64,000 nt of DNA from assembly GCA_025055635.1 (NCBI GenBank), contig JANWWQ010000006.1:1116-65115 (forward strand), read 5' to 3'. Positions 30,664 to 40,878 of this stretch are shown here, piece after piece. The position numbers were made by a program, and so were the translations under genes. The notes beneath the pieces are model-generated. The model was not told the DNA's origin, ran no database searches, and was given only the letters and a program-made list of their open reading frames with translations. Source of the DNA: Flavobacteriales bacterium (GTDB lineage Bacteria > Bacteroidota > Bacteroidia > CAIKAF01). Each line of letters begins with the position of its first letter. Positions within the stretch are counted from its first letter, which is position 1.

Positions 30664-30924
30664 ATGAAAAAAGGTATCCATCCTGAAAATTATCGTTTTG
30701 TGGTGTTCAGAGATATGTCCACCAATTTTGAATTTCTGACGCGCTCTTGTGTACCTACTCGGGAAACCACTATATACAAGGACGGTAAAGAATATCCCCT
30801 ATATAAACTCGAAATTTCTAGCCTTTCCCATCCATTTTACACCGGCAAAATGAAATTTGTAGATACCGCAGGTCGCGTAGATAAGTTCCTCAACAAATAC
30901 AAAAAAGGTAGCAAAAAGGCCTAA
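30664..30924 (+). CDS. rpmE2: 50S ribosomal protein L31 type B
   Basis: [25 protein letters not shown]; TAACTTTG promoter upstream. Confidence 0.95.
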   Translation: MKKGIHPENYRFVVFRDMSTNFEFLTRSCVPTRETTIYKDGKEYPLYKLEISSLSHPFYTGKMKFVDTAGRVDKFLNKYKKGSKKA

Positions 30925-30967
30925 GTTCTGCAACCTTTTCTCTTTTTTTGATATCTTTGAAGTTGCT

Positions 30968-31402
30968 ATGAAGGGGATAAAACTTTTTCATCTCATCTTC
31001 TTTTCTTCAGTGTTTTTACGGGTCCATGCCATTGATCCTCCGCAGGCTATTACTGCGGCCTTCGCAGCGCGCTATTCCGCTGCTGCTCAGGTGAACTGGG
31101 AAAAAGCCACAGGGATGTACTTGGCGGCGTTCACCCTGAATGGCAAGTCCATGAAAGCAGCTTTCAAGAATGACGGTACTTTCCTCCGGGAGGAAATGTT
31201 AATTGCCTTCGGACAGTTACCTGAAGCGGTGCGCAAAGACGCTGCACAACGATTTAATGAAAGTAAAATCACCGAAGCTGCTAAATTCATAGATGCTGCA
31301 GGAATGACGGGGTATCGCATTCGTTATTCCAATGGTAACACCCGGGTGGACGTCATGTACAACGACCAGAACAAAATTTTTCAAAGGGCCATCGTAGAGT
31401 AA
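30968..31402 (+). CDS. Periplasmic PepSY-like (BLIP-fold, DUF2874-type) protein
   Basis: Signal peptide; two repeats of the PxAV..AF...Y/F..W/A..Y pattern. Confidence 0.7.
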   Translation: MKGIKLFHLIFFSSVFLRVHAIDPPQAITAAFAARYSAAAQVNWEKATGMYLAAFTLNGKSMKAAFKNDGTFLREEMLIAFGQLPEAVRKDAAQRFNESKITEAAKFIDAAGMTGYRIRYSNGNTRVDVMYNDQNKIFQRAIVE

Positions 31403-31472
31403 GCCTCACCGCTTTATTCAATACACGTTAGGCAGGTTTGGCGGGGGGTTACTTTTTGTATCTTTGCGGCCC

Positions 31473-31955
31473 GTGACCCGAAGTAAGTTTAGTTTTTACA
31501 TTGACATTTCGGGCAACTCCTTTAAGCCTCAGGAGGATAAATTTACTTTGCCTAATTCCTTCCTCCAGGGGCTGGGACTTGATGAAGATGCTTTACTGGA
31601 TGAGGTGGAGGCCACCACTCTGCTCACCCGCCATTCCAAATTCATGGAACTCCAGGTCACCTTCCGAACCTCCGGCTCCATGAAATGTTCCAGATGCCTG
31701 CAGAGCCTCCCCCTTCATATTGAGCGTAGTGAGCTGTTTATCATAAAATTCTGGGAACAAGAACCTCCCATGGACAACGATCCCAATCTACTTTGGTTGC
31801 CTAAAGGAGAAACCAGGCTGGAACTCACTTCTGTTTTTTCCGACATTTTACTGGGTCTGCTGCCTGCACGATTTACATGTGCCGGCGACGAAAATCCCAG
31901 GCCTTGTGATCAAAAAGTATTAGAAAAGCTCTCTGAACTTTCAGTTGAACCCTAA
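31473..31955 (+). CDS. yceD: YceD/DUF177 family protein
   Basis: CSRCL motif; upstream of rpmF; TATCTTTG promoter 6 nt before GTG 31473. Confidence 0.8.
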   Translation: MTRSKFSFYIDISGNSFKPQEDKFTLPNSFLQGLGLDEDALLDEVEATTLLTRHSKFMELQVTFRTSGSMKCSRCLQSLPLHIERSELFIIKFWEQEPPMDNDPNLLWLPKGETRLELTSVFSDILLGLLPARFTCAGDENPRPCDQKVLEKLSELSVEP

Positions 31956-31969
31956 ATAAATTCATAGCC

Positions 31970-32158
31970 ATGCCCAATCCAAAACGACGCCATAGTAAAA
32001 CCCGCAGCCGTAAACGCCGTACCCACTATAAGGCCCCACTTCCCACCCTCTCCCGGTGCAGCACCACCGGTGTAGTTCACAGACGCCATACAGCCTACGA
32101 AGTGGATGGTAACATTTATTACGCTGGTCGCCTCTTCGCAGAAGGGAAGCCATCCTAA
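31970..32158 (+). CDS. rpmF: 50S ribosomal protein L32
   Basis: MPNPKRRHSKTRSRKRRTH. Confidence 0.95.
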   Translation: MPNPKRRHSKTRSRKRRTHYKAPLPTLSRCSTTGVVHRRHTAYEVDGNIYYAGRLFAEGKPS

Positions 32159-32161
32159 AGT

Positions 32162-33106
32162 ATGGCTTTAAATATTGGCCTGGATCTCTTTGGTGGGGAC
32201 TATGCTCCGCTTTGTAACTTGGAAGGACTTAAACTGGTCCTTGAGCGGCAACCAGACATCAAAGTCACGGTTTTCGGCGATGAAGCTCTGGTGAGGCCCC
32301 TTACCAAAGAGCATCCCTACAAGGAGCGAATCCACATTGTTCATGCGCCTGATAAAATTGACATGGGAGACTCCCCCATGCGGTCCGTTATTTCCAAGCC
32401 CAATTCCAGCATCATTCAGGGGCTTAATTACCTCAAAAGAGGGCTGATAGACGGCTTTGCCTCGGCCGGTAATACAGGCGCCATCTTCGGGGCCTCCGTC
32501 ATCATTCTCGGCGCCGTCCTTGAAAATGTCAGGCCCTGCCTGATGACGCACGTGCCCCGCCCCCACGACCCGGATGCTATTATATTAGACATCGGAGCCA
32601 ATGCCGACGTTAAGCCGGAAACCCTCGCAGACTTCGCACTCCTTGGCGACGCCTATTGCCGCCACGTTCTCAATATTGAGCAACCTCGGGTGGCTCTCGT
32701 TAATATCGGGGAAGAACCCGAAAAAGGCAACGAACTCACCAAGGCGGCTTATCGTCTGTTTCAACAGGACGGGCGTTTTCGTTTCGTGGGAAACGCCGAA
32801 CCAGACAAACTCTTCCGCGATTTGGCTGATGTATACGTGTGCAGTGGGTTTGCCGGAAATCTGATTCTCAAACTTTCGGAAGCCCTTGTGGAAATAGTGA
32901 AACGGTTGGGATTTAAACATCCTTACCTGGATCGTTTTAATTACGAAAATCTCGGTGGCTCACCTGTGTTAGGAGTGAATGGCGCCGTTGTGATCGGTCA
33001 TGGAATCAGCAACGCAAGCGCCATTGCCAACATGCTCCTTCGTTGTCGTGAGATAGCCTCCTCAGCGTTACATAAAAAAATAAAACAAGCCTTCCAGCAG
33101 GCATGA
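32162..33106 (+). CDS. plsX: Phosphate acyltransferase PlsX
   Basis: GLDLFGGDYAP, SAGNTGA, DIGANAD, NIGEEPEKG, IGHG. Confidence 0.93.
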   Translation: MALNIGLDLFGGDYAPLCNLEGLKLVLERQPDIKVTVFGDEALVRPLTKEHPYKERIHIVHAPDKIDMGDSPMRSVISKPNSSIIQGLNYLKRGLIDGFASAGNTGAIFGASVIILGAVLENVRPCLMTHVPRPHDPDAIILDIGANADVKPETLADFALLGDAYCRHVLNIEQPRVALVNIGEEPEKGNELTKAAYRLFQQDGRFRFVGNAEPDKLFRDLADVYVCSGFAGNLILKLSEALVEIVKRLGFKHPYLDRFNYENLGGSPVLGVNGAVVIGHGISNASAIANMLLRCREIASSALHKKIKQAFQQA

Positions 33107-34098
33107 GCCGCATCCGGGCCGCTATTACGGGTGTAGGCAGTTATGTGCCAGATTACGTGCTTACCAATCAGGAGTTGTCCTTGATGGTGGACACCAGCGA
33201 TGAGTGGATTACCACCCGCACCGGGATTAAGGAACGCCGTATTCTTAGGGAAAAAGGGCTGGGCTCCAGCCACATGGCTATCCGTGCCGTAGAAAACCTT
33301 TTGTCTAAGACGAACACTAACCCCCGCGAGGTGGACATGCTTCTGTGCGCCACCGTCACGCCAGATTACACCTTTCCCGCCACGGCCAACATTATTTCGG
33401 CTGCTGTGGGCATGGACCATATCCTCAGTTATGACATCAACGCCGCTTGCTCGGGATTTATTTATGCACTCACCACCGCAGCTCAGTTTGTGGAAACCGG
33501 CGCTTACAAAAAAGTGGTGGTGGTAGGTGTGGACAAAATGTCGTCTATCATAGACTACTCAGACCGAACGACCTGTGTTATCTTCGGAGATGGCGCCGGC
33601 GCTGTACTCCTTGAACCAGACACGGAAGGCTTTGGATTGATGGATTTCAAGTTGCATTCAGACGGTACCGGATGCCGGTATCTGCACAAAAAAGCCGGAG
33701 GATCCGCCTATCCTGTAACCATGCGAAACTTCCTGGAACAACAGCACTTCGTGTATCAGGAAGGACAAGCCGTATTCAAGTTCGCGGTGGTGAATATGGC
33801 TGAAGTGTGTTATCAGATCATGCAGCGCAACAACCTCCGACCTGATGATGTGCAATGGTTGGTGCCCCATCAGGCCAATAAACGAATCATAGATGCAGCT
33901 GCTGAACGTATGGGGCTGCCCCCGGAACGGGTGATGCTCAACATTCACAAATATGGCAACACCACTGCAGCCACTATTCCTTTATGCCTGTCAGACTACG
34001 AACACCGCCTGAGACGGGGGGATAACTTAGTGGTCGCAGCCTTTGGGGGAGGATTCACCTGGGGAGCCTTGTACTTAAAGTGGAAATATGATGGTTAA
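33103..34098 (+). CDS. fabH: 3-oxoacyl-ACP synthase III
   Basis: DTSDEWITTRTGI, AACSGF, PHQAN, GNTTAA, FGGGFTWG. Confidence 0.96.
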   Translation: MSRIRAAITGVGSYVPDYVLTNQELSLMVDTSDEWITTRTGIKERRILREKGLGSSHMAIRAVENLLSKTNTNPREVDMLLCATVTPDYTFPATANIISAAVGMDHILSYDINAACSGFIYALTTAAQFVETGAYKKVVVVGVDKMSSIIDYSDRTTCVIFGDGAGAVLLEPDTEGFGLMDFKLHSDGTGCRYLHKKAGGSAYPVTMRNFLEQQHFVYQEGQAVFKFAVVNMAEVCYQIMQRNNLRPDDVQWLVPHQANKRIIDAAAERMGLPPERVMLNIHKYGNTTAATIPLCLSDYEHRLRRGDNLVVAAFGGGFTWGALYLKWKYDG

Positions 34099-34143
34099 TT
34101 CCTGCCAAAGTTTTCTTACCTTTGCAGGCTAAATACGAAAAAA

Positions 34144-34413
34144 ATGCCACTGACAAAGGAAAAAAAGAAAGAAATAATTAAAAAATTTGGCGGAAGTCCC
34201 CAAAACACAGGTTCTCCAGAAGTCCAGGCAGCCCTGCTAACGGAAAGGATTGCTCAGCTCACCGCACATCTAAAGACCAACCCCAAAGACCGGGTCACCG
34301 AGCGTTCGCTCATCTTGATGGTGAACCATCGAAAAAAACTTTTAAATTATTTAAAAAGGAAGGATATCCAGCGCTACAGAAAAATAGTCAAAGAACTGGA
34401 TATCCGCAAATAA
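34144..34413 (+). CDS. rpsO: 30S ribosomal protein S15
   Basis: [21 protein letters not shown]; TACCTTTG promoter at about 34118. Confidence 0.96.
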   Translation: MPLTKEKKKEIIKKFGGSPQNTGSPEVQAALLTERIAQLTAHLKTNPKDRVTERSLILMVNHRKKLLNYLKRKDIQRYRKIVKELDIRK

Positions 34414-34485
34414 CTCGAAATGGCAGGCCACCGAGGGGTTTTTGTTCTATTTGTTGAAATTCTCACATTTATTTTGTTTTAGGCC

Positions 34486-36783
34486 ATGAGCCATTTTGAT
34501 ATTAAGCAGGTTCAAATTCCCACAGACTCTGGAATTCCCATAATTCTTGAAACCGGTCATCTGGCCCGTCAGGCTGACGGTGCTGTTTTACTGCGATATG
34601 GTAACACCATGTTGTTGGCCACGGCCGTATCTCAGACGGAACCCAAAGCGGGAGTGGATTTTTTCCCCCTCACGGTGGAATATCGCGAAAAGTTTGCCGC
34701 TGCTGGCCGCATTCCTGGTGGCTTCTTTAAAAGGGAAGCCCGACCTTCCGACAACGAGGTGTTGATTTCCCGCCTAATAGACAGGGCTCTCAGACCTCTC
34801 TTCCCGGAGAATTATCAGAACGAAACCCAAATATTCGTCAATCTCATCTCAGCCGATAAAAACACACCGCCGGACGCTTTGGCCTGTCTAGCTGCTTCGG
34901 CCGCTCTCGTCGTATCCGATATTCCTTTCAACGGTCCCGTCTCTGAAGTTAGGGTGGCCCTCTTCCCTGATGGACAATACCTGATCAACCCCTCCCAACC
35001 CCTTCTGGAGAGCGCTCGCCTGGATCTGATCGTGGGCGGTACAGAAAAAGACATCGTCATGGTGGAAGGCGAAGCGCGTGAAGTATCAGAACAGGAACTT
35101 CTGAAAGCCCTGGAAGTAGCCCTGGAAGCAATTCGGATTCAGGTAAAAGCCCAGAAGGAATTGGCGGCTATGGTACCCAAAGCAGCCCAAAAAAGAGAAG
35201 TCCCCTCCCCAACGCGGGATGAAGCCCTTTTGGAACGCTTGCGAGCGGAAGTCTATCCACGCCTGTATGAAATATTTGCTACTCCTACTCCTCACAAAAA
35301 AGAGAGAAAAGAGGCACTACAAAAGGTAAAAGACGAATTTCTAGCCACTCTTTCCCCGGAGGAATTGGCTGAAAAAGGCCCCCTAGCTTTAAAATATATC
35401 AATGATTTAGAGTGGGAAGCTGCCCGCAAGGCCATTCTGATCACCCGACGCAGGATGGACGGTCGGGCCCTGGAGGAAATCCGACCCATCAGCATTATTC
35501 CCGATTTCCTGCCTGCAGCCCACGGATCGGCCCTCTTTACGCGGGGCGAAACCCAGTCGGTTACCACTGTGACCTTGGGGACCAAGCTGGACGAGCAAAT
35601 TATTGACCTTGCGCTCCACCGAGGCACTCAGAGATTCATGTTCCATTACAATTTTCCTCCCTTCAGCACTGGCGAGGTGAAACCTATACGCGGGGTCAGC
35701 CGGCGAGAAATCGGCCACGGTAACCTGGCACTTCGAGCCTTATATCCCCTAGTGGAGGAAGTTAAGGATAATCCTTATACCATCAGGGTGGTTTCCGACA
35801 TCCTGGAGTCTAACGGTTCCTCTTCTATGGCCACTGTTTGCGCCGGTTCGCTGGCTTTGATGGATGCTGGAATCAAGATTAGGGAGCATGTTTCGGGTAT
35901 CGCCATGGGACTCATCACAGACAGTGATGGCAATTACGCTATCCTTTCCGATATTCTCGGTGATGAAGACCACCTGGGCGACATGGACTTCAAGATCTGC
36001 GGCACCCGAAAAGGCATCACGGCCTGCCAAATGGACATCAAAGTCCAAGGACTCAGTTTTGAAATTCTGGCCAAAGCTTTAGAACAAGCTAGGCAGGGGC
36101 GCCTCTTTATTTTGGAGAAAATGGAGGCCGCCCAACCTGCCCCCCGCCCTGACTTTAAGCCTTTCGTGCCCCGCATTGTCAAAATTGTTATCCCCCGTGA
36201 TACTATAGGGCAAGTCATCGGACCGGGTGGAAAAATTATTCAAGATATTCAGAACACTACGGGCACCACCATCATCGTGGACGAAGTGGACGGTCAGGGC
36301 GTCGTTGAAGTGGCCGGCGAAACTCCTGAAGCCATTGAAGCTGCACTTCGCCGCATTAAAGCCATCGTGGCCGTGCCTGAAATAGGAGAGACCTACGAAG
36401 GAAAAGTGGTGTCCAATGTGCCTTTCGGTTCTTTCATTGAATTTCTACCCGGTAAACAGGGACTTTGCCACATTTCTGAATTGGACTGGAAACGCGTGGA
36501 CAGCGCAGACGATGTCGTGAAGGTGGGTGATACTGTGAAAGTAAAACTTATTGGTACGGACGAGAAAACCGGAAAATTCAAGTTATCCCGTAAAGCCTTG
36601 TTGCCACGTCCTGAAACTCTGGAAACCAACGAAAAAAAAAAATTAGCCCCAGAAACCACAAGTTCTCAGAAATCTCTTCCACCTAAAAAAAGAAGAAAGA
36701 AGAAACGTAAAAAATCTGTTGGCAACAAGCCGGGAGGCCTTAGAAACACTCAAGAACAGCGAGAAAATCAAAAAAATCGGTAA
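34486..36783 (+). CDS. pnp: Polyribonucleotide nucleotidyltransferase (basic C-terminal tail depends on an A11 tract)
   Basis: DFFPLTVEY, SRREIGHG, SNGSSSMA, DHLGDMDFK, KH (IGPGGK) and S1 domains. Confidence 0.97.
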   Translation: MSHFDIKQVQIPTDSGIPIILETGHLARQADGAVLLRYGNTMLLATAVSQTEPKAGVDFFPLTVEYREKFAAAGRIPGGFFKREARPSDNEVLISRLIDRALRPLFPENYQNETQIFVNLISADKNTPPDALACLAASAALVVSDIPFNGPVSEVRVALFPDGQYLINPSQPLLESARLDLIVGGTEKDIVMVEGEAREVSEQELLKALEVALEAIRIQVKAQKELAAMVPKAAQKREVPSPTRDEALLERLRAEVYPRLYEIFATPTPHKKERKEALQKVKDEFLATLSPEELAEKGPLALKYINDLEWEAARKAILITRRRMDGRALEEIRPISIIPDFLPAAHGSALFTRGETQSVTTVTLGTKLDEQIIDLALHRGTQRFMFHYNFPPFSTGEVKPIRGVSRREIGHGNLALRALYPLVEEVKDNPYTIRVVSDILESNGSSSMATVCAGSLALMDAGIKIREHVSGIAMGLITDSDGNYAILSDILGDEDHLGDMDFKICGTRKGITACQMDIKVQGLSFEILAKALEQARQGRLFILEKMEAAQPAPRPDFKPFVPRIVKIVIPRDTIGQVIGPGGKIIQDIQNTTGTTIIVDEVDGQGVVEVAGETPEAIEAALRRIKAIVAVPEIGETYEGKVVSNVPFGSFIEFLPGKQGLCHISELDWKRVDSADDVVKVGDTVKVKLIGTDEKTGKFKLSRKALLPRPETLETNEKKKLAPETTSSQKSLPPKKRRKKKRKKSVGNKPGGLRNTQEQRENQKNR

Positions 36784-36961
36784 ACCTTAATTTTAAAAAT
36801 AAAATATGCTTAAATAAATTTTTATAAATAAATGGTCAAAGCCATTTCTGAATCTAAGTTATCCCTAGATGATGAAAAATAATCTCCGAGCTATATTGAA
36901 ACACTTATAAATTACATTTTAATTGAACTCGCTCCTGTGATTTTTATAAATTCTTAATCTT

Positions 36962-38287
36962 TTATTCAAATACAGCCACCAGAATTCCTTCCGTATCCGA
37001 AGGATAATTGGGTATCATCAGCCAGCGCCCGTTGAAAAACAGAGGGATAGATGCCGGAGGTTGAGCAGGTAGAAAATAATCCCTGGCTGAAATAAATTGG
37101 TTCAAAAGATTGAAAGGCATGGGGATAAAATAATCGGAGGATTGATTATGGTTTGCATCAAATAGAAAAAGCGCTATCACTGACTGGCTGGCCGGCGTAT
37201 ATTCCGGTGTGGAGAATGTGGTTCCCTGCACAGCCAGCGTGTCCCTCCCACTGATCACAGCCTGGTTGGAAGTAAACACAGCCAAAACTGATTGATGAGA
37301 GGATGAGGGCAGACCCCCCAATAGGAGCCCTGCCAAAGAATTGGGTGGGGGTAAAGTGCGCAAGTACACACAGGGATTGTCGCGCCGGAATCCTTCCCGA
37401 AAGTAATGGATGGGCCTTTCTCCGGCGCTGCCCCACACCACAAATTCGTAAGGCTGGCCAGGTTTTAGTTCCACAGGACCAAAATATCCTTCGGCATCGG
37501 TAATGAGTGCAAAATCAGGATCAGGCCTCTTGCGAAATCCGCTCTCCTGAATAACTTCATAAATGTGCACCGTTGCCCCGGCTTTGGGTGTGTTTTCTCC
37601 CAAGATAACCACGCGACCGCTGACCTTCACAGGTTGGTTTCCCTGATTCACCAAGGGGTAATCGGGCTTACGGAATGTGAAAAATTCGTACATGTGGATA
37701 AAGGACTCCACGGAGGTAGCCACCTGCAGATGATCCTTTCCGGGGAGGCTCACATTCACAGCACCCGTAATGGTGGTGGCACCAGTTACGGCATCATCCG
37801 GGGAGGAGATACACAGCGTGGGCACCTCATCCAGGGAACCAGCCGGTGAGCTTTGGGATGAACTGCCAATATGCACATATGAAGCCACCTTGGCCGCCCT
37901 GGTGGGGTCCTCACAATAGTTGTAACAGAGCCCCCCCCCGGCCGAATGCCCTACCAAATGAATCTTGGGTTTACCGGTGCGCAACCGCACAGCATCCACA
38001 AATTGATCCAATAAATCGGCGCTGTTCCCTCCACTTAAGGTATTCCAGTCAAACACATACAAAAGGGTATCGCAATAGTCATTTTTCTGGAAACGCATGA
38101 GTTGCTCAGCCCACGTATCGCCAGAGGCCAGGAGGCCGTGCACGAAAACCACCGGATACAATGTATCGCAACGCAATTGAGGCTTACCGTATGGATTATC
38201 CAGGACGGGGGGATCCTTTCTGCAGGACTCAAGAATACTCAGCGTAAGGAGAAGGAGTATGATTAGAAATTTTTTTATAAAACTCAT
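36962..38287 (-). CDS. Lipoprotein alpha/beta-hydrolase, Archaeoglobus AFL (AF_1763)-type lipase
   Basis: Lipobox LESC; PVVFVHGL; GHSAG nucleophile elbow; C-terminal beta domain (GATVHIYEV...GYFGPV...YEF). Confidence 0.75.
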   Translation of the reverse strand: MSFIKKFLIILLLLTLSILESCRKDPPVLDNPYGKPQLRCDTLYPVVFVHGLLASGDTWAEQLMRFQKNDYCDTLLYVFDWNTLSGGNSADLLDQFVDAVRLRTGKPKIHLVGHSAGGGLCYNYCEDPTRAAKVASYVHIGSSSQSSPAGSLDEVPTLCISSPDDAVTGATTITGAVNVSLPGKDHLQVATSVESFIHMYEFFTFRKPDYPLVNQGNQPVKVSGRVVILGENTPKAGATVHIYEVIQESGFRKRPDPDFALITDAEGYFGPVELKPGQPYEFVVWGSAGERPIHYFREGFRRDNPCVYLRTLPPPNSLAGLLLGGLPSSSHQSVLAVFTSNQAVISGRDTLAVQGTTFSTPEYTPASQSVIALFLFDANHNQSSDYFIPMPFNLLNQFISARDYFLPAQPPASIPLFFNGRWLMIPNYPSDTEGILVAVFE

Positions 38288-38306
38288 ATTATTGCAAAAT
38301 TTGAAT

Positions 38307-40217
38307 ATGTATCCCGAAATCACAACCCCCGCAGATTACTTGGATCACTATAAAAAAAGTGTGGAAGACCCAGGGGCCTATTTTGCGGAGGTGGCCCGGA
38401 GCTACATCTGGATAAAGCCCTGGCATCGTACGCTGGAATACGACCTCCCCCAAGGGTTTATTCGCTGGTTTGACGGCGGACAATTAAATATCACACAAAA
38501 CTGCCTGGACCGCCATGCCCTCAGCCATCCTGACCAGCCAGCCCTAATCTGGGAGCCCAACGATCCCTCAGAATCCAGCCGACAGCTTACATACAGGGAG
38601 CTGTTAGAGGCCGTAGGCCGCCTGGCTAATGGCTTGAGGCAGCTGGGAGTACGGAAAGGTGACCGCGTCTGTCTTTATTTGCCGATGATACCCGAGGCTG
38701 CCATAGCTATGTTGGCCTGTGCCCGATTGGGGGCTATTCACTCGGTGGTGTTTGCAGGCTTTTCTCCCGAATCGTTAGCCGATCGCATAAATGATGCCGG
38801 ATGCACGGTCCTCATCACTGCTGACGGCTTTTCGCGGGGCGATAAATTCATTCCCTTAAAAGAATTGGCCAACCAGGCCCTAGCTGTTTGCCCCCAAGTG
38901 CGCCATGTGGTGGTAGTGCCCCGGACCGGCCCATACAAACCGAAAAATGCACGCGAAATCCTTTGGAATGATCTGTTGGCCGGGCAACCTACCCAGTGCG
39001 AACCAGAGCCCATGGAAGCGGAGGATCCGTTTTTCATCCTTTACACTTCAGGGAGCACGGGCAAGCCTAAAGGGGTGCTCCATACCTGTGGGGGGTACAT
39101 GGTTTGGGCTGGTTATACCCTACGAAATGTATTCCAAACAAGACCAGGAGAAATATTTTTCTGCACGGCCGATGTTGGATGGATTACTGGCCACACGTAC
39201 GGCCTATACGGACCTCTCTTGAACCGTCTCACCACAATATTTTTTGAAGGGGTGCCTACATGGCCCCATAGCGGTCGTTTATGGGAGATTGTGGAAAAAC
39301 ATCAAGCCAACGTGTTGTACACGGCCCCTACGGCCATTAGAGCCCTGGAAATGCTCGGCGGCGATATTCCCGATCAATATCCTATGACGTCCCTGAGAGT
39401 TCTGGGATCCGTGGGCGAACCTATCAATACCGAAGCCTGGCACTGGTATTATACACATGTGGGGAAAGGCCGTTGTCCCATTGTAGACACCTGGTGGCAA
39501 ACAGAAACAGGGGGTATTCTCATCTCCACCCTTGCGGGGGTCACGCCTTCTGTTCCGGCCTGGGCTACTCTGCCTCTGCCCGGCGTCCAGCCCGTGTTGC
39601 TTGACGATAAGGGCCACGAAATCCCTTTGGATGCACCCTCCAGCCAAGGATATCTATGCATTAAATCCCCTTGGCCCGGTATGATGCGTTCCGTTTTTGG
39701 CCATCATCAACGTTTTGTAGAAACCTACCTCAGGCGTTTCCCAGGTTATTACTTTACAGGGGATGGCGCTATAAGGGATAGTCGGGGTAATTTTCGCATA
39801 ATTGGGCGTGTAGATGATGTCGTCAATGTTTCAGGACACCGAATTGGGACTGGTGAGCTGGAGGATGCAATAAATCAACATCCCACTGTGGTGGAATCGG
39901 CCGTTGTGGGTGTGCCCCATCCCATAAAAGGCGAGGCCCTGGCCGCCTTCGCTATTTGTTCAGAACCTCCCCTGGATTCTTCGGCTCTGCGTAGCGAACT
40001 GCGCGATTTAGTCATTCAGAAAATCGGCCGTTTTGCGGTACCCGATTTCATTTACTTTGTCCCTGGATTGCCCAAAACACGTAGCGGAAAAATCATGCGG
40101 AGGCTTCTGCGAAAAATACTTGCCGGCGACAGCGATTTGGGTGACACCACTTCCCTCTTAGACCCCACTGTATTAGATGCCATCCGAAAAATAGTAGAAC
40201 AGGATTGTAAAAACTGA
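38307..40217 (+). CDS. acs: Acetyl-CoA synthetase
   Basis: YTSGSTGKPKG, DTWWQTETG, YFTGD, LPKTRSGKIMRR. Start at MYPEI (38307). Confidence 0.96.
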   Translation: MYPEITTPADYLDHYKKSVEDPGAYFAEVARSYIWIKPWHRTLEYDLPQGFIRWFDGGQLNITQNCLDRHALSHPDQPALIWEPNDPSESSRQLTYRELLEAVGRLANGLRQLGVRKGDRVCLYLPMIPEAAIAMLACARLGAIHSVVFAGFSPESLADRINDAGCTVLITADGFSRGDKFIPLKELANQALAVCPQVRHVVVVPRTGPYKPKNAREILWNDLLAGQPTQCEPEPMEAEDPFFILYTSGSTGKPKGVLHTCGGYMVWAGYTLRNVFQTRPGEIFFCTADVGWITGHTYGLYGPLLNRLTTIFFEGVPTWPHSGRLWEIVEKHQANVLYTAPTAIRALEMLGGDIPDQYPMTSLRVLGSVGEPINTEAWHWYYTHVGKGRCPIVDTWWQTETGGILISTLAGVTPSVPAWATLPLPGVQPVLLDDKGHEIPLDAPSSQGYLCIKSPWPGMMRSVFGHHQRFVETYLRRFPGYYFTGDGAIRDSRGNFRIIGRVDDVVNVSGHRIGTGELEDAINQHPTVVESAVVGVPHPIKGEALAAFAICSEPPLDSSALRSELRDLVIQKIGRFAVPDFIYFVPGLPKTRSGKIMRRLLRKILAGDSDLGDTTSLLDPTVLDAIRKIVEQDCKN

Positions 40218-40878
40218 GGGAAAAACTTTAATGAATATTTGCTAGGATCAATTCAACTATTTATAACTTTTCTATATTAATATTTTTTAGGTAACTACCT
40301 CAATACATTTCAATGACAATTATAGAAAGTCTATTAATAATTGTTCGCATGGGTCAATTATCCCTGATGTTAAATAATGGCCCCTAAATTAAGTAAGGAT
40401 TACGTACCATCCTAAGGTAGCCTTCAAAAGGTTTCTTAGAATAAATCACTTGGCACAAGGCAGTAAGATATTTTAAAGAAAAGGGGGTCAACTGTTTCCC
40501 AGTTTTGATTCCAAATTTGGAAGGCTATTTTTCCAGTATTCTTCGCTCTACTCTTTTTTGGATAATGCTAGATGGTGGTATAGCTCGTTTGCATAGAAGA
40601 CTCCGTAAGTTTTATCTAAAAATTTCCCTATCAATTTAATGTCTCTGCCACTAATGTATTTTATTTAATTGCCTGTACGATGAACCTTACACATTTGTCT
40701 ATTGGTTTTACGAATTAGACTTGAATGGCCCCTATAATGCTATTTCGGATAACATAAAAAAGCCGGAAATTTCTTTTTTACCTTTCTACATTCCATGGAA
40801 CACCTGATCACCAAAGGTTAAATTTACCCCTTTGCCAGAATAAATACTTAGTTACTATAATATAAAAACTGCCCTTTG

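Noticed and set aside
32551-32558. CGTGCCCC in plsX (also at 36165 in pnp) as extra repeat heads
   Set aside because: They lack the GGGC prefix and downstream hairpins and are explained by Val-Pro codons
40342-40375. dif-like half sites TGTTCGCAT...TGATGTTAAAT
   Set aside because: The spacer between the 11-bp arms is about 12 bp instead of 6, so it is not a functional XerCD site
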